DNA of 45,976 nt from assembly GCA_037481775.1 (NCBI GenBank), contig JBBFKZ010000014.1, positions 1 to 45,976 of the forward strand, written 5' to 3'. Below are positions 25,757 through 36,781 of this stretch, piece by piece. The first letter of the stretch is position 1. Each line of letters begins with the position of its first letter. A model generated the notes under the pieces. The model ran no database searches, had not been told where the DNA came from, and was given only the letters and a program-made list of their open reading frames with translations. Both the position numbers and the translations under genes were made by a program. This DNA is from Candidatus Bathyarchaeia archaeon. GTDB lineage: Archaea; Thermoproteota; Bathyarchaeia; Bathyarchaeales; Bathycorpusculaceae.

Positions 25757-26941
25757 TTAAGCTTTGATTTTTACAGTTATCTGCTGCCCTAGTTCAAAGC
25801 ACCTTTTCAAGTCCTCTTTGTCTGGAACGTACTTGACTTCGATGCTGGTGTCATTGACTTGGAAGCCTGTTTTCTGCGCCATCTCCATCATGCTCTTTAA
25901 GGCGCCACCACCCCAGCCGTAGGAGCCGAAGAAGCTCCACAGTTTACCCTTAGGCTTCAAGCCAGCTGCGTAGGTGAGGAAAGCGCTGATTGTGGGGAAC
26001 ATGCCGTTGTTAAGCGTCGGCGAGCCCACCAACACTGCCTTTGCATCTAAGATCTCGGTCATGGCTTCAGTGAGGTCTGATGCTCTTAGCTTCAAAACTT
26101 TAACTTCTGCGCCTTCGCTTGCGGCGCCTTCCGCTATGGCACGAGCCATCTTGTCGGTGCTGCCCCACATTGTGTCATAGACAATGACTATCTTGTTCTT
26201 GGCGGCGCCGGCGCTCCAAGCCGCATACGCTTTGATTATCTTCGTCGGGTCTGAACGCCAGATTATGCCGTGGCTTGGCGCGATCATCGCGATGGGGATG
26301 CCCATCTGAGTGACTTCCTCAAGTTTGCGCGTTATCAGCTGTGCCAGCGGCATGAGTATGTTAGCGTAGTAGGTTTTTGCTTCCTCCATTAGCACGTGCT
26401 CGTCAACTTCGTCGTCGAAGCGCTCTGATGTGGCAAGGTGCTGGCCAAAAGCGTCGTTAGGCATCAGGATTTTATCTTCAACCACATAGGTGAACATGCT
26501 ATCTGGCCAGTGCAGCATAGGCGCCTCTATAAACCGCAGGGTTCTCTTGCCCAGCTTCAGCTCATCGCCTGTTTTGACGACTTGTATTCGAAAGTCTGGA
26601 CCGTAATGCTCGATTATGGCGTCTTTTCCACGTTGAGAAGCGACTATAGTCGCGTTTTTCGCGTACTTGGCGATCATGGGTAAGCTACTTGAGTGGTCCA
26701 TTTCCACATGGTTTATTATTATGTAATCAATTTTCGCGGGGTCTGTGAGGGTGCATATTTTCTGGAGCAGTTCATCGGCAAACGTGTGCTTCACGGTGTC
26801 CACAAGCGCGGTTTTCTCGTCTTGGATTAGGTAAGCGTTGTACGTGGTGCCTCTTCGTGTTATGTAGCCGTGGAAATCGCGTATGTTCCAGTCGACGACG
26901 CCGACCCAGTGTATGCCTTCAGCTAAGGTTACTTCGCTCAT
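25757..26941 (-). CDS. fprA: FprA-type flavodiiron protein (O2/NO reductase)
   Basis: HVEMDHS, HWPD, DAFGQH and PSHG di-iron ligands, plus a flavodoxin domain (TMWGST, GSYGWGGG). Confidence 0.93.
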   Translation of the reverse strand: MSEVTLAEGIHWVGVVDWNIRDFHGYITRRGTTYNAYLIQDEKTALVDTVKHTFADELLQKICTLTDPAKIDYIIINHVEMDHSSSLPMIAKYAKNATIVASQRGKDAIIEHYGPDFRIQVVKTGDELKLGKRTLRFIEAPMLHWPDSMFTYVVEDKILMPNDAFGQHLATSERFDDEVDEHVLMEEAKTYYANILMPLAQLITRKLEEVTQMGIPIAMIAPSHGIIWRSDPTKIIKAYAAWSAGAAKNKIVIVYDTMWGSTDKMARAIAEGAASEGAEVKVLKLRASDLTEAMTEILDAKAVLVGSPTLNNGMFPTISAFLTYAAGLKPKGKLWSFFGSYGWGGGALKSMMEMAQKTGFQVNDTSIEVKYVPDKEDLKRCFELGQQITVKIKA

Positions 26942-27378
26942 AAGTCTTCCACTTCTCCATTATCTTTTTGCGCCTGCAGCTTATAGGTTATTTGTACACC
27001 TGCCTTCTCAAACAGGATGCCTACCGGACAGTTTTTCAGCGTTACTTCATGCAGCCTTTGGATTCTATCCTTTGGCGCGTCTATCTTGAAGAGTATGTCA
27101 AATTTTTCCTCAACTATCGTGCCTGTCTCTTCGCTTTTCCCCGCCTCAACCTTCACGTCGCAGCCCTTGAGTGGCAACCGCATTTTCCGCGCCGTGATAG
27201 CTGCAATAGTGGCGTAGCAGCCTGCATGGCTCATTACGCAGAGTTCTAGCGGTGTCGGTCCAAGCCCTAGAGACGTTTGTGTGGGCTGATCCACTATTGT
27301 GCCGTGTGCTCTGCCGTTGTCTAACGCGATCTCGTAGCCCTGAATTATTCTGGCTCTTGCGTAAAGTTTACCGGCCAA
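26938..27378 (-). CDS. OsmC-family protein
   Basis: GPTPLEL...AGC and NCPV with two conserved Cys. Confidence 0.85.
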   Translation of the reverse strand: MAGKLYARARIIQGYEIALDNGRAHGTIVDQPTQTSLGLGPTPLELCVMSHAGCYATIAAITARKMRLPLKGCDVKVEAGKSEETGTIVEEKFDILFKIDAPKDRIQRLHEVTLKNCPVGILFEKAGVQITYKLQAQKDNGEVEDL

Positions 27379-27581
27379 GTTTTCATATCCCTTCTACACC
27401 ATATTTTTTCAGCTAAAATTAGCAGGAAAATTTCAATGCGCTATTGCTTATATTAGTTTCGACGCTGGGCATCTGCACGGCGGAATTGCGGGTAGAGACC
27501 AGTAAAGATAATATGCATGAGCGACGCGTTTATCATTTAACTGTGCATGTTGTTGATGGCTGCTTGTTGGAGAGGTAATCT

Positions 27582-28223
27582 TTGAGTCTTATACCTGATG
27601 ATAAGAAGGATTTTCTCCGTGTTGAGTTCAAGGAGAAGCTTGTTAATCCCGTGAAAATTTTGGTTTTCACCCAGGAAGTTGAGTGCGATTTCTGCGCTAA
27701 TACGCGGCAACTGGTGCAAGAACTCGCAGCCTTAAGCGACAAAATCACAGTTGAAGTTTACGATTTTGTTGCTGACGCCGAAGCCAAGGAATATGGCATA
27801 GACAAGATTCCCGCGTTGGCTATCATCGGTGAGAAAGATTATGGCGTACGCATCTATGGCATACCTTACGGCTATGAATTTCAAACTTTAGTTAACGCTG
27901 TCATCAACGTTTCAAAGGGTAAAACCGACCTTTCAGAAAAGACCAAGGCTATTCTCGGCGAAGTCAAATCTCCAGTGCACATTCAAGTCTTTGTCAGTTT
28001 AACCTGCCCGCACTGCCCAGCAGCAGCGTCAATAGCGCATAAGCTAGCCATAGAAAGCGACCTAATACGCGCAGACGTCATAGACGGAGGCGAGTTTCCA
28101 CATTTAGTTCAAAAGTACGCGGTCATCAGCGTACCCAAAGTAGTTATAAACGATAAAATCGAGTTTGTCGGAGCCTTCAGCGAAGACTTGTTCGCTGAGC
28201 ATGCACTTCTCAGCGCATTTTAG
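27582..28223 (+). CDS. Protein disulfide oxidoreductase (archaeal glutaredoxin-like, two thioredoxin folds)
   Basis: CDFC and CPHC motifs, plus GIPYGYEF. Confidence 0.92.
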   Translation: MSLIPDDKKDFLRVEFKEKLVNPVKILVFTQEVECDFCANTRQLVQELAALSDKITVEVYDFVADAEAKEYGIDKIPALAIIGEKDYGVRIYGIPYGYEFQTLVNAVINVSKGKTDLSEKTKAILGEVKSPVHIQVFVSLTCPHCPAAASIAHKLAIESDLIRADVIDGGEFPHLVQKYAVISVPKVVINDKIEFVGAFSEDLFAEHALLSAF

Positions 28224-28234
28224 GAGCTGCAACC

Positions 28235-29068
28235 ATGAGCCAACCAACCAAAGAGGGTATATCTTTAGTCTTTGTCTACAGCAAAGACTTCATGGAGCGC
28301 GTAATACGCAACCTCATAAACGACCCCTGCTTCTGCCAATCCTGTGGGCTGTACTGCGAATCCTGCAAGTACAACGCCTACAGTTTCGTGCGCAACATCC
28401 GCGCTGCCGTTCAGCTGCCAAATCCCGCTGAGCTGCCCGCCTTCATTGACAATCCTGAAGATTATATGCCCAAGAAACTACCGGAAGCGGATGTTTGCCT
28501 TGCTTCTGGGCTTCATAAGGACTTGCTGCTGGAACTGCCTAATCACATAAGCAAGACCGGCATCAAAGCGTTAATAGTTCCAATAGAGGATTGGCAGGAG
28601 GTTCCCTCGGGCGTAAGAAAGCAGGTGGAAGAAAAATGCATGGAACTTGGGCTTGAATGTGCGTTTCCGAAGCCTTTCTGCACGTTGGAACCTGAAAAAG
28701 ACAAGCCTGTCATCGCCCGTTTCGTTGAAGAAACAAAAGTGGGGCGTCCACTGCTGGAGATTTCCACCACAAAAATCGGCAAAGATGAAATAATCGAGTA
28801 CGCCGCTGTCATTCGCAGTGCTCCATGCGGCTCAACATGGTACATCGCGCGGAAGCTTGCAGGTGTCTCCACGCGGAAAGATGTGCTGTACGATGCCATT
28901 GCAAAAGCGCATCATAGTTATCCCTGCACCGCCACGATGGTAACTGATCCTGAGACAAAGGAGCCTATACTGCACATTGGCGGCTTCACCATACGCGAAG
29001 AAGTTGAAAAAGCATTAGAAAAGGACAAAGAACGAAAATTAAAGGAGAAAAAGCTTTCTAACCGCTGA
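28235..29068 (+). CDS. DUF166-family protein with an extra Cys cluster
   Basis: PKPFCTL, RSAPCGSTW and HHSYPCTA motifs, with N-terminal CFCQSCGLYCESC. Confidence 0.75.
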   Translation: MSQPTKEGISLVFVYSKDFMERVIRNLINDPCFCQSCGLYCESCKYNAYSFVRNIRAAVQLPNPAELPAFIDNPEDYMPKKLPEADVCLASGLHKDLLLELPNHISKTGIKALIVPIEDWQEVPSGVRKQVEEKCMELGLECAFPKPFCTLEPEKDKPVIARFVEETKVGRPLLEISTTKIGKDEIIEYAAVIRSAPCGSTWYIARKLAGVSTRKDVLYDAIAKAHHSYPCTATMVTDPETKEPILHIGGFTIREEVEKALEKDKERKLKEKKLSNR

Positions 29069-29091
29069 GAGCAACGGCTGCTGTTGCCATT

Positions 29092-29250
29092 CTAACGCTT
29101 GGCTGAGCCGCCAACATATTTTTCTGGATTCTCCTCGAACATTTTCTTGCAGCCCGGCGCGCAGAAGTAATAGGTTTTCCCCTTGTACGTAGTTTTGTAC
29201 TTCGCCGTTTTCTCATCAACATCCATCCCGCAGACAAGATCCTTCGCCAC
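29092..29250 (-). CDS. YHS/TRASH-domain metal chaperone, 52 aa (not in the ORF track)
   Basis: MAKDLVCGMDVDE...YYFCAPGCKKMFEENPEKY, with a GGAGGTGA RBS, directly downstream of copA. Confidence 0.9.
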   Translation of the reverse strand: MAKDLVCGMDVDEKTAKYKTTYKGKTYYFCAPGCKKMFEENPEKYVGGSAKR

Positions 29251-29268
29251 AATTTCACCTCCACTTTT

Positions 29269-31752
29269 TTACTTTTTTCTCTGGTAATTAGGCTGTATAT
29301 TCACACGCCGTAGGAGATTAGCGTTTGTAACCACCGTTACCGAGCTAAACGCCATAGCTGCCTCGGCTATAACTGGATGCGCAAGGCCCAGCATGGCGAA
29401 TGGAATCATAATCATGTTGTAGAAGAAAGCCCAGAACAGGTTCTGCTTTATCTTCTGGAAAGTAGCCCGTGAAAGCTTAACAGCCTTAACAACATCTGAC
29501 AAGTTGCCTCTCACGAGCACTATGTCTCCGGCTTCAATGGCGATGTCTGTTCCTGTGCCTATTGCGATTCCGACGTTCGCCTGCGTAAGCGCCGGCGCGT
29601 CGTTTATGCCGTCGCCAACCATCGCCACAAGCCCTGCTTCTTCCTGTAGCATGCGGATTTCAGCTACTTTCTTGTCGGGAAGCACTTCTGCAAGCACATT
29701 TGATATGCCGACTTTCCGTGCGATGGCTTCCGCGGTTCGCCTGTTATCGCCTGTAAGTATCACCGTCTGGAGCCCAAGTCTTTCCAGTTCCTCAATAGCT
29801 TGTGCCGCATCCTCCTTAGGCGTGTCAGCTTCCGCAATTATGCCGACGCACTGGTCGTCTTTGGCCACGAGCACTATGGTTTTCGCCTCCGCCTCTAAAC
29901 GCTGAAGCGCCGGCTCCAAGCTGCCATAATCGATTTTTTCCTCTTCCATGAACGTTCTGCTGCCGAGCAGTATCGTGCCTTTCCCTTTAAGCTGAGCCTT
30001 TATCCCTCTGCCTGCTACCGCCTCAAATTGCTCAAGCGCGTAAAGTTCAAGTCCCTTCTCTTCCGCCTTCCTAATTATGGCTTCAGCAAGCGGGTGTTCT
30101 GAGCCTTTCTCGACGCTGGCCGCAAGCCGCAGCACTTCTTTCTCGTTGAATTCTTCAGCTGGGATTATATCAGTCACTTCAGGCTGCCCCCTCGTTATGG
30201 TGCCTGTCTTGTCAAAAACTATCACTTTAACGTCCTTGAGCGTCTGTATCGCTTCGCCGCGTCTAATCAGGATGCCGTTTTCGGCGCCCATTCCGCTTCC
30301 AACCATGAGCACCGTAGGCGTTGCTAACCCGAGGGCGCAAGGGCAAGCGATAACAAGTGTCGCTACTGTAGCGAATATGGCAAGTGATACCACGCTTAAG
30401 TTTGGGTTAACCCATGGCAGGAACTGGCTTGCCCAGATACTAACGCTGCCTATGACCTGAGGGAACGCCAGCCATAGCACCAGCGTCAACAGCGCTAGAC
30501 TCAAAACAGTAGGGACGAAGTAGCTGGTCACGCGATCAGCTAACTCTTGAATGGGCACCTTAGAGCCCTGTGCTTCCTCAACCATCCTTATAACCTGCGC
30601 CAGGAAAGTATCTTCCCCCACCCGTGTCGCTTTGACTCTGAGGAGCCCACGCTGATTAATAGTGGCGCCTATCACGGCGTCGCCGGGCTTCTTCAGCACA
30701 GGCATCGACTCGCCTGTAGCCATAGACTCGTCAACGCTGCTTTCGCCCTCCACGACAATCCCGTCCGTGGGGATCTTCTCACCTGGGCGCACAACCATCA
30801 AATCACCCGCTTCTACCTCGTCTATGGAAACCTCCACTTCCTCGCCGTTTCTGATGACCCGCGCGGTTTTTGCCTCAAGTTCCAGAAGGCGTCTTATGGT
30901 CTGTGAGGCTCTGCCCTTTGCTTTTGCTTCCACGTATCTGCCTGTCAAGTGGAATGCCATTATCATGGCGCTTACGCCAGCGTAGTTGGCTAATGGCGTA
31001 AAAAACGAGGCTGGCCCAGTTAGGAAAGACACAACCGTGCCCAGCATGATAAGCACGTCCATGTTGGCGTTCCGATGCCAGACGGCCTTAGCAGCAGACC
31101 TATACGTGGCAAATCCGGCGATAAAGATGACAGGCGCCGCAAGAACAACCATGCCTATATTGAAAACTTCTTGGCTTGGCCATGTGACGCCGAGGAACAT
31201 GTCTGGAATCATCCATGCTATTATGGGCAGAGTCAGCGCCCATGCGATGTATGCTCTTCTTTTCGCCGCCTGCAGAGTCTGCTGCTCTCTTGCCACTTCC
31301 TCCTCAAACCGTGCTTTCTTGTCTTCTCTGCCGAGGACTTGATAACCCGTATCCTCTATGACCTTCTTGATTTTTGCGTAGCTCGTCACAGCTGGGTCAA
31401 AGCTTACCGTTGCCTTCTCAGTGGCTAAGTTAACGTTTGCAGCCTTCACGCCTTTTGTGTTTTTCAGCTCTCTGGCGATAATCTGCGCACAGGCTGCACA
31501 TGTCATTCCGCCAATCCGCAATGTGACTGTCTCAAGCTCCTCCATCACATCATAGCCGCTACTTCTGATGACTTCCTTCAGCTTCTCCTCGTTAATGCGG
31601 GCGTCGTCATATTCAATGTAAGCGGTTTCCGTCGTCAAATTCACGCGCGCTTTCAAAACGCCATCCGCCTTCAAAAGCGCCTTCTCAATTGCTTGAGCGC
31701 AGGCGGCGCAATGCATTCCGCTTATCCTGATTTGAATTTTCTGTTCAGTCAT
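29269..31752 (-). CDS. copA: Cu(I)-translocating P1B ATPase
   Basis: Two HMA domains (MxCAAC), TGES, CPC, DKTGT, SEHP, GDGIND, YN and MAFSS. Confidence 0.95.
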   Translation of the reverse strand: MTEQKIQIRISGMHCAACAQAIEKALLKADGVLKARVNLTTETAYIEYDDARINEEKLKEVIRSSGYDVMEELETVTLRIGGMTCAACAQIIARELKNTKGVKAANVNLATEKATVSFDPAVTSYAKIKKVIEDTGYQVLGREDKKARFEEEVAREQQTLQAAKRRAYIAWALTLPIIAWMIPDMFLGVTWPSQEVFNIGMVVLAAPVIFIAGFATYRSAAKAVWHRNANMDVLIMLGTVVSFLTGPASFFTPLANYAGVSAMIMAFHLTGRYVEAKAKGRASQTIRRLLELEAKTARVIRNGEEVEVSIDEVEAGDLMVVRPGEKIPTDGIVVEGESSVDESMATGESMPVLKKPGDAVIGATINQRGLLRVKATRVGEDTFLAQVIRMVEEAQGSKVPIQELADRVTSYFVPTVLSLALLTLVLWLAFPQVIGSVSIWASQFLPWVNPNLSVVSLAIFATVATLVIACPCALGLATPTVLMVGSGMGAENGILIRRGEAIQTLKDVKVIVFDKTGTITRGQPEVTDIIPAEEFNEKEVLRLAASVEKGSEHPLAEAIIRKAEEKGLELYALEQFEAVAGRGIKAQLKGKGTILLGSRTFMEEEKIDYGSLEPALQRLEAEAKTIVLVAKDDQCVGIIAEADTPKEDAAQAIEELERLGLQTVILTGDNRRTAEAIARKVGISNVLAEVLPDKKVAEIRMLQEEAGLVAMVGDGINDAPALTQANVGIAIGTGTDIAIEAGDIVLVRGNLSDVVKAVKLSRATFQKIKQNLFWAFFYNMIMIPFAMLGLAHPVIAEAAMAFSSVTVVTNANLLRRVNIQPNYQRKK

Positions 31753-31853
31753 CTACCAAGCCTTCAATCACAAATCACATTTTATCAAGAACACGCTTCG
31801 CTGCTTCTAATTTATTATTAAGCGCCAGATATAAACGTGAAAGTCACTGAAGC

Positions 31854-32129
31854 CTACTCTAACCTTTTGATAATGTGGTAACCGAACTGCGTCTTAACAA
31901 TACCTGAAATCTCGCCCTTCTTAAGCGCAAAAGCCGCATTCTCAAACTCCTTAACCATCTTACCCCGCGTGAACGTGCCAAGGTCTCCGCCGCGCTTCTT
32001 GGACGAGCAAAGCGAAACCTGCTGCGCTATGACGCTGAACTTCTCGCCCTTCTTTAGACGCTCCAACACCGCTTTGGCTTCGCTCTCAGTCCTAACAAGA
32101 ATATGCGCGCAGTGAACTTTGTCGGGCAT
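31854..32129 (-). CDS. ppiC: Parvulin-type peptidyl-prolyl isomerase
   Basis: HILV, GGDLG and TQFGYHII. Confidence 0.92.
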   Translation of the reverse strand: MPDKVHCAHILVRTESEAKAVLERLKKGEKFSVIAQQVSLCSSKKRGGDLGTFTRGKMVKEFENAAFALKKGEISGIVKTQFGYHIIKRLE

Positions 32130-32462
32130 AGCCTAATCTAAACCAATTCTTAGTTAATAACTCTTACCTGCAAATATGCTAAAGCAATCAGAAGCACCGT
32201 CATATTTGCCGCATATTAGCAATTCAATGCAGAAACCTATAGAGGGGGCTATCAGCGGCAGTAGCAGAAAATCTGCTGGATCTTGCTACTTGCTTCCACA
32301 AAATAGAAGAAGATCTAACACATCCACCGTCATTTTTAATTTGCTAGTGCGCTCCGCTTTCTGAAGTTAGCAGCAGATTTGAGGGAAAAATTCGCAGTTG
32401 ACGGGTTATTCTATAATTTTACTTATCATTTTTCGAAGAAAACTGGAAAAGAGAATGGGAAA

Positions 32463-33449
32463 TTAGGTTTTTGCTGTTATTCCGCATTTTGCGAGGAGAC
32501 GTTGCCAGCGTTCATCTGTAACGCGTTGAAATTCTTCCAGCAAGCTCTTGTTCTTTGGCGCAAACAAGTGCCTAAACCTGCCTTGGCCCTGCAGATAATC
32601 GGTTACGGGCCGCTTCTTTTGAGGTGCAAGCGCGATAAGCTTGCTCGGCACGGACAACTGATACTGCCCGTTTACTGCTTCCCACAACGGGAACACGCAG
32701 GTTTCTACCGCTAACTTTGAATACTCAATAGATTTCGCTTGGTCGCTACGCCAACCACGTGGACAGGGCGCAAGCACATGCAGAAACGCTGGACCTTCCA
32801 CTTCTAAGCCCTTCCGCACTTTCTCCAGCAAGTCACGCCAGTAATACGGCGTTGCAGTCGCCACGTAGGGTATTTCATGCGCCACCATTATATCTGCAAT
32901 AGGCTTCTTATACTCCAGCTTACCTGGAATCGAGGTGCCAGCTGGCGAAGTAGTTGTTGCCGCGCCTTTCGGTGTGCCGCCGCTTCTCTGGATGCCCGTG
33001 TTCATGTAAGCCTCGTTATCATACAGCACAAAGAGGAAGTCATGTCCACGCTCAACTGCTCCTGAAAGCGCTTGGAAGCCGATGTCGTATGTGCCGCCGT
33101 CGCCTGCAATCGCAATAACATCCACGTGCTCATGCTTCAACTGGCCCTTCCTTTTCAGCGCCTTCAAAGCCGCTTCGATGCCAGAAGCATTTGCGGCAGC
33201 GGTTTCAAAGGCCGTGTGCAACCACGGTACAGCCCAAGATGTGTAGGGATAAATCGATGAAACTACTTCCATGCAGCCTGTAGCCTGCGTTACAATGGTA
33301 GGTCCACGCGTAGCCTTCATTATCAGTCGCAGCACTGTTGTGGGCGCGCAGCCTGCGCACGCGCGGTGTCCTGAAAGAAACAGGTCTGGTTTTTCAGCGA
33401 TGTCTTTCGTGGTGAATTTCCATTCCTGCTTTGTCATTGTTTCATTCAC
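32463..33449 (-). CDS. porB: Pyruvate:ferredoxin oxidoreductase beta subunit
   Basis: GHRACAGC, GDGG TPP motif and YMNTGIQRS. Confidence 0.92.
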   Translation of the reverse strand: MNETMTKQEWKFTTKDIAEKPDLFLSGHRACAGCAPTTVLRLIMKATRGPTIVTQATGCMEVVSSIYPYTSWAVPWLHTAFETAAANASGIEAALKALKRKGQLKHEHVDVIAIAGDGGTYDIGFQALSGAVERGHDFLFVLYDNEAYMNTGIQRSGGTPKGAATTTSPAGTSIPGKLEYKKPIADIMVAHEIPYVATATPYYWRDLLEKVRKGLEVEGPAFLHVLAPCPRGWRSDQAKSIEYSKLAVETCVFPLWEAVNGQYQLSVPSKLIALAPQKKRPVTDYLQGQGRFRHLFAPKNKSLLEEFQRVTDERWQRLLAKCGITAKT

Positions 33450-33456
33450 TCCTCCA

Positions 33457-34689
33457 TTATTCCCTTAATCCCAAATATTGAATTGGCGTCTCAACACGTT
33501 TTTTCGCCATTATGTGCTGCAGATCCGAGTAGATGCTTCGCAGCTCACGCGGGCTTGTGTCTCTCCCGCCTAAGCCGTAGATGTAGTTGACAACGTAAGG
33601 CCGAATATCCGCGTCGTATAGTACATGGCGAATTTCATGGAACACTGGGCCGCCGTTACCGCCGAAACTCATGCACTTATCCATGACTGCCACAGCTTTC
33701 ACATTACAGAGCGCACTTCGAAGGTCTTCGACGGGCAAAGGTCTGAACGTGCGAAGCCGAAGCAAGCCTGCTTTAACGCCTTCCGCTCTGAGTTCATCAA
33801 CAATTGTCTTCATTGTGCCTGCTGTTGAGCCCAAACAGACAGCTGCAAATTCAGCGTCTTCAAGGCAATATGGCTCAATTAAGCCGTTTCCGTAGCTTCG
33901 CCCGCTTATTTTCGCATATTCATTGTTAACTTGCTTAATTACGGAAAGCGCATTTTTCATAGCTTCTTCCTGCTGACGCTTAAACTCGAAATAGTAATTC
34001 GGCAACGCTATCGGCCCCATAGTCATTGGGTTATCGGGATCAAGCTTGAAAGGCGCCATTTTCCCTTCATGAGTAAGCACGTTCGGAATTTTGCGGGGGC
34101 CGATAAACTGCTTCACAACATCATCAGGCAAAGTATCCACATTCTCAAGCGTGTGGCTCAATGTAAAACCGTCCAAGCCGACCATCACGGGCAGAAGCAC
34201 ATTAGTGTCCTCCGCTATTCGGAACGCCTGTATTATCGAGTCATAAACTTCCTGGGCATTCTCGGCGTACAACTGTATCCAGCCGCTGTCTCGCTGTGCC
34301 ATGCTATCAGAGTGGTCGCCATGAATGTTAAGCGGAGCCGACAAAGCGCGGTTGGCAATAGCCATAACGACTGGTGCGCGGCAGCCTGACGTAACGAAAA
34401 GCATCTCGTGCATAAGGGCTAAGCCAGCAGACGCAGTTGCAGTAAAAGCGCGTGCACCCGTAACAGACGCTGCGAGACATGCAGTTAACGCGCTGTGCTC
34501 AGATTCGGTGCAGACAAATTCGGTCGGCACCTCGCCGTTGGCAACGTACTCGCTAAAGCGCTCCACAATAATAGTTTGCGGAGTGATAGGATAGGCAGCC
34601 ACCACATCCACATCTGATTGCTTAACAGCATAAGCTACAGCTTCGTCACCGGACAAAGCCATTCTCACTTGCTTAACTACATTTTCCAA
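33457..34689 (-). CDS. porA: Pyruvate:ferredoxin oxidoreductase alpha subunit
   Basis: YPITPQT, ESEHSA, NRALSAP and GLGGRD. Confidence 0.92.
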   Translation of the reverse strand: MENVVKQVRMALSGDEAVAYAVKQSDVDVVAAYPITPQTIIVERFSEYVANGEVPTEFVCTESEHSALTACLAASVTGARAFTATASAGLALMHEMLFVTSGCRAPVVMAIANRALSAPLNIHGDHSDSMAQRDSGWIQLYAENAQEVYDSIIQAFRIAEDTNVLLPVMVGLDGFTLSHTLENVDTLPDDVVKQFIGPRKIPNVLTHEGKMAPFKLDPDNPMTMGPIALPNYYFEFKRQQEEAMKNALSVIKQVNNEYAKISGRSYGNGLIEPYCLEDAEFAAVCLGSTAGTMKTIVDELRAEGVKAGLLRLRTFRPLPVEDLRSALCNVKAVAVMDKCMSFGGNGGPVFHEIRHVLYDADIRPYVVNYIYGLGGRDTSPRELRSIYSDLQHIMAKKRVETPIQYLGLRE

Positions 34690-34703
34690 GCCACAACCGC
34701 CTC

Positions 34704-34982
34704 CTATTCAACCTTCATCTCTATAGCCTTAGTGGGGCATTCATTCGCGCAGATTCCGCAGCCCTTACAGAAGTTATAATCGAATTCAATGTCAGACTTC
34801 TCTGGTTTCCAATGGATGGCGCCGTCAGGGCAGAAAAGCACGCACAATAGACAGCGTGTGCATTTTTCCAAGTCTCTAACGGGCGTATATGTTTTCCAAT
34901 CGCCTGTTAGGAAAGTGGTGCTTGACTTGGAGCAGACTGCCGCCGGCGCAATTTCTTTCCAGCCTTTTTCACGGGCACTCAT
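34704..34982 (-). CDS. porD: Pyruvate:ferredoxin oxidoreductase delta subunit
   Basis: TGDW and two CxxCxxCxxxCP motifs. Confidence 0.92.
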   Translation of the reverse strand: MSAREKGWKEIAPAAVCSKSSTTFLTGDWKTYTPVRDLEKCTRCLLCVLFCPDGAIHWKPEKSDIEFDYNFCKGCGICANECPTKAIEMKVE

Positions 34983-35539
34983 TCCTGTTTTGCCTCCTTG
35001 TAAGCCTCTTTTATCACCTCAAAGTTTTTCGCCGCAACATCCGATCTGAAGCGTTCCTTGACAGTTTTCTCTATACTCTCCAAGGAAACTATTGACGTTG
35101 CACGAGCAGCGGCGCCAAGCATGGCCGTGTTCATTATGGGCATTCCCAAAATTTTTAAAGCAATCTCCGTCGCCGGTACAGTCCAAACTTGCCCTTTTTC
35201 AACTTTAAGAGTCTTCTTAACTTTTGCTGGTTGGTCTCCCGAGTTTACTATAACTATTCCGTCCTCTTTTAGCCCAGCAACAACTGGTACAGTCCGTAGC
35301 AATGTAGGATCAAGCACAGCGACCACGTCGGGCTCGTAAATTGAGCAATGTAACCTAATAGGCTCGGTGCTTATCCGCGTAAAAGCCGTTACCGGCGCAC
35401 CCATCCGTTCAGGCCCAAACTCTGGAAACGATTGAATATACTTGCCCTCATAGATTGCCGCGCGCGCAAGCAACTCGCTCGCCGTCCATGCACCTTGACC
35501 GCCTCTGCCATGCCATCTGAACTCCAACATCTTCTTCAA
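34979..35539 (-). CDS. porG: Pyruvate:ferredoxin oxidoreductase gamma subunit
   Basis: HGRGGQG and FGPERMGAPV. Confidence 0.92.
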   Translation of the reverse strand: MKKMLEFRWHGRGGQGAWTASELLARAAIYEGKYIQSFPEFGPERMGAPVTAFTRISTEPIRLHCSIYEPDVVAVLDPTLLRTVPVVAGLKEDGIVIVNSGDQPAKVKKTLKVEKGQVWTVPATEIALKILGMPIMNTAMLGAAARATSIVSLESIEKTVKERFRSDVAAKNFEVIKEAYKEAKQE

Positions 35540-35959
35540 TTAACCCTTCTACTCCCCAAGTATAGTTTCCCATTTAATTGTAGAACATCCACATATACAT
35601 TTTTCTCTTTAAACGCAAAATACAGCATAACAATGTAAAATGGCAATCGAAAAATATTGACCTACTCACGCGGAAAGTTTCCTATAAAAACTGTAAACTA
35701 TGCGAGACAAATCAGCGCTACCGGCGAATTAGCGCAATAAAGTTTTACATGAAAGGGTTAATTCATCATAAGCAAAACTCAAATCCGAGAATAGAATGAA
35801 AAACACCTCAAGAGCGAGGAATACGCGGCAGAGAAACGAGGACGATGCTCATCGATTTTATTTTTGGTGTTAGTGAAAACCAAACATGATAACAGCGGAT
35901 ATTTTGACGTAGATAACTTGAATTTTGCTAGAAGGCTTTTCACGAGCTAAATTTAGAAT

Positions 35960-36004
35960 TGTTCGATGTTTTTGTACATCTGTTCAAAAATGTTGGTTTA
36001 AATA
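35960..36004 (+). promoter_or_regulatory. TGTWC-N8-TGTAC-N3-TGTWC operator plus TATA (copy 1)
   Basis: Same motif and spacing as 36782-36825. TTTAAATA at 35997. Confidence 0.55.
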
Positions 36005-36039
36005 TTTGGTAAATCTTGATCTTGCAGGGTGATGAAAAG

Positions 36040-36258
36040 TTGTTTCACAAAGTAAAGAAACAACGAAACACTTCCTTCGCGATCACCGCAATAGCGATCT
36101 TTGTCGGATCTTTGTTCCTACCAGCAGTTTATGCAAGTCAAGAGATAGTAGCCTCTGATTATCATTATGGAACGCAACTGGGAATAAGTGTAGTACTTTA
36201 CAAAGAAACAGGCGAGCAGGACCCAAATTATGACTATTATGCGATCATTTGTGACTAA
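36040..36258 (+). pseudogene. Truncated secreted protein (signal peptide plus ~40 aa)
   Basis: GGTGA RBS before TTG 36040, a signal peptide ending PAVYA, then an early stop. Confidence 0.45.
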
Positions 36259-36325
36259 AACAATTGTTCAGCTTAAAAGAACCCTGCGTTGGTTACATAT
36301 TTACAGTTGATAAGAAGGTTAAGCT

Positions 36326-36778
36326 TTGAGCAAAGAAGATGAGTTGAAGGCTTTCAGCGAGTTAAGGGGCAACACTTTACTCGTTTACCTTTGTATCCTT
36401 AAGAGTTCTCAACCAATAGGGATAAGAGAGATTCAGAAAAAACTCGAGTTTTCAAGCCCAGCCCTTGCCGCGTATCACTTGAGCAAACTTGAAGATTTGC
36501 ACCTGATCGAAAAAACAAATAAAGGCTATGTTTTAACGAAGGAAGTTAAGATAGGTGCTCTTGCACAAATAGTTAAGTTTGGCTCTTTACTTTTACCTCG
36601 ATATGCTTTTTACATAGCGCTTATTTCAACGCTGTTTATTCTGTATATTGCTTCTGCATTGTTCGAAGGCTCACTGAAATTTGACATAAGCGGAGTTTCC
36701 GCTATTCTCCTTGGCTTAACTGCTCTTTTGATAACGACCTATGAATGTGTTCGAATATGGAGACAAAGACTGATTTAG
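36326..36778 (+). CDS. Winged-HTH transcriptional regulator with two C-terminal TM helices
   Basis: GIREIQKKLEFSSPALAAYHLSKL, followed by LPRY and hydrophobic helices. Confidence 0.8.
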   Translation: MSKEDELKAFSELRGNTLLVYLCILKSSQPIGIREIQKKLEFSSPALAAYHLSKLEDLHLIEKTNKGYVLTKEVKIGALAQIVKFGSLLLPRYAFYIALISTLFILYIASALFEGSLKFDISGVSAILLGLTALLITTYECVRIWRQRLI

Positions 36779-36781
36779 GGA

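Noticed and set aside
32176-32460. Short ORFs and hairpins between ppiC and porB
   Set aside because: Only short local inverted repeats (e.g. AGTAGCA/TGCTACT) and motif-less ORFs, compatible with terminator or promoter DNA.
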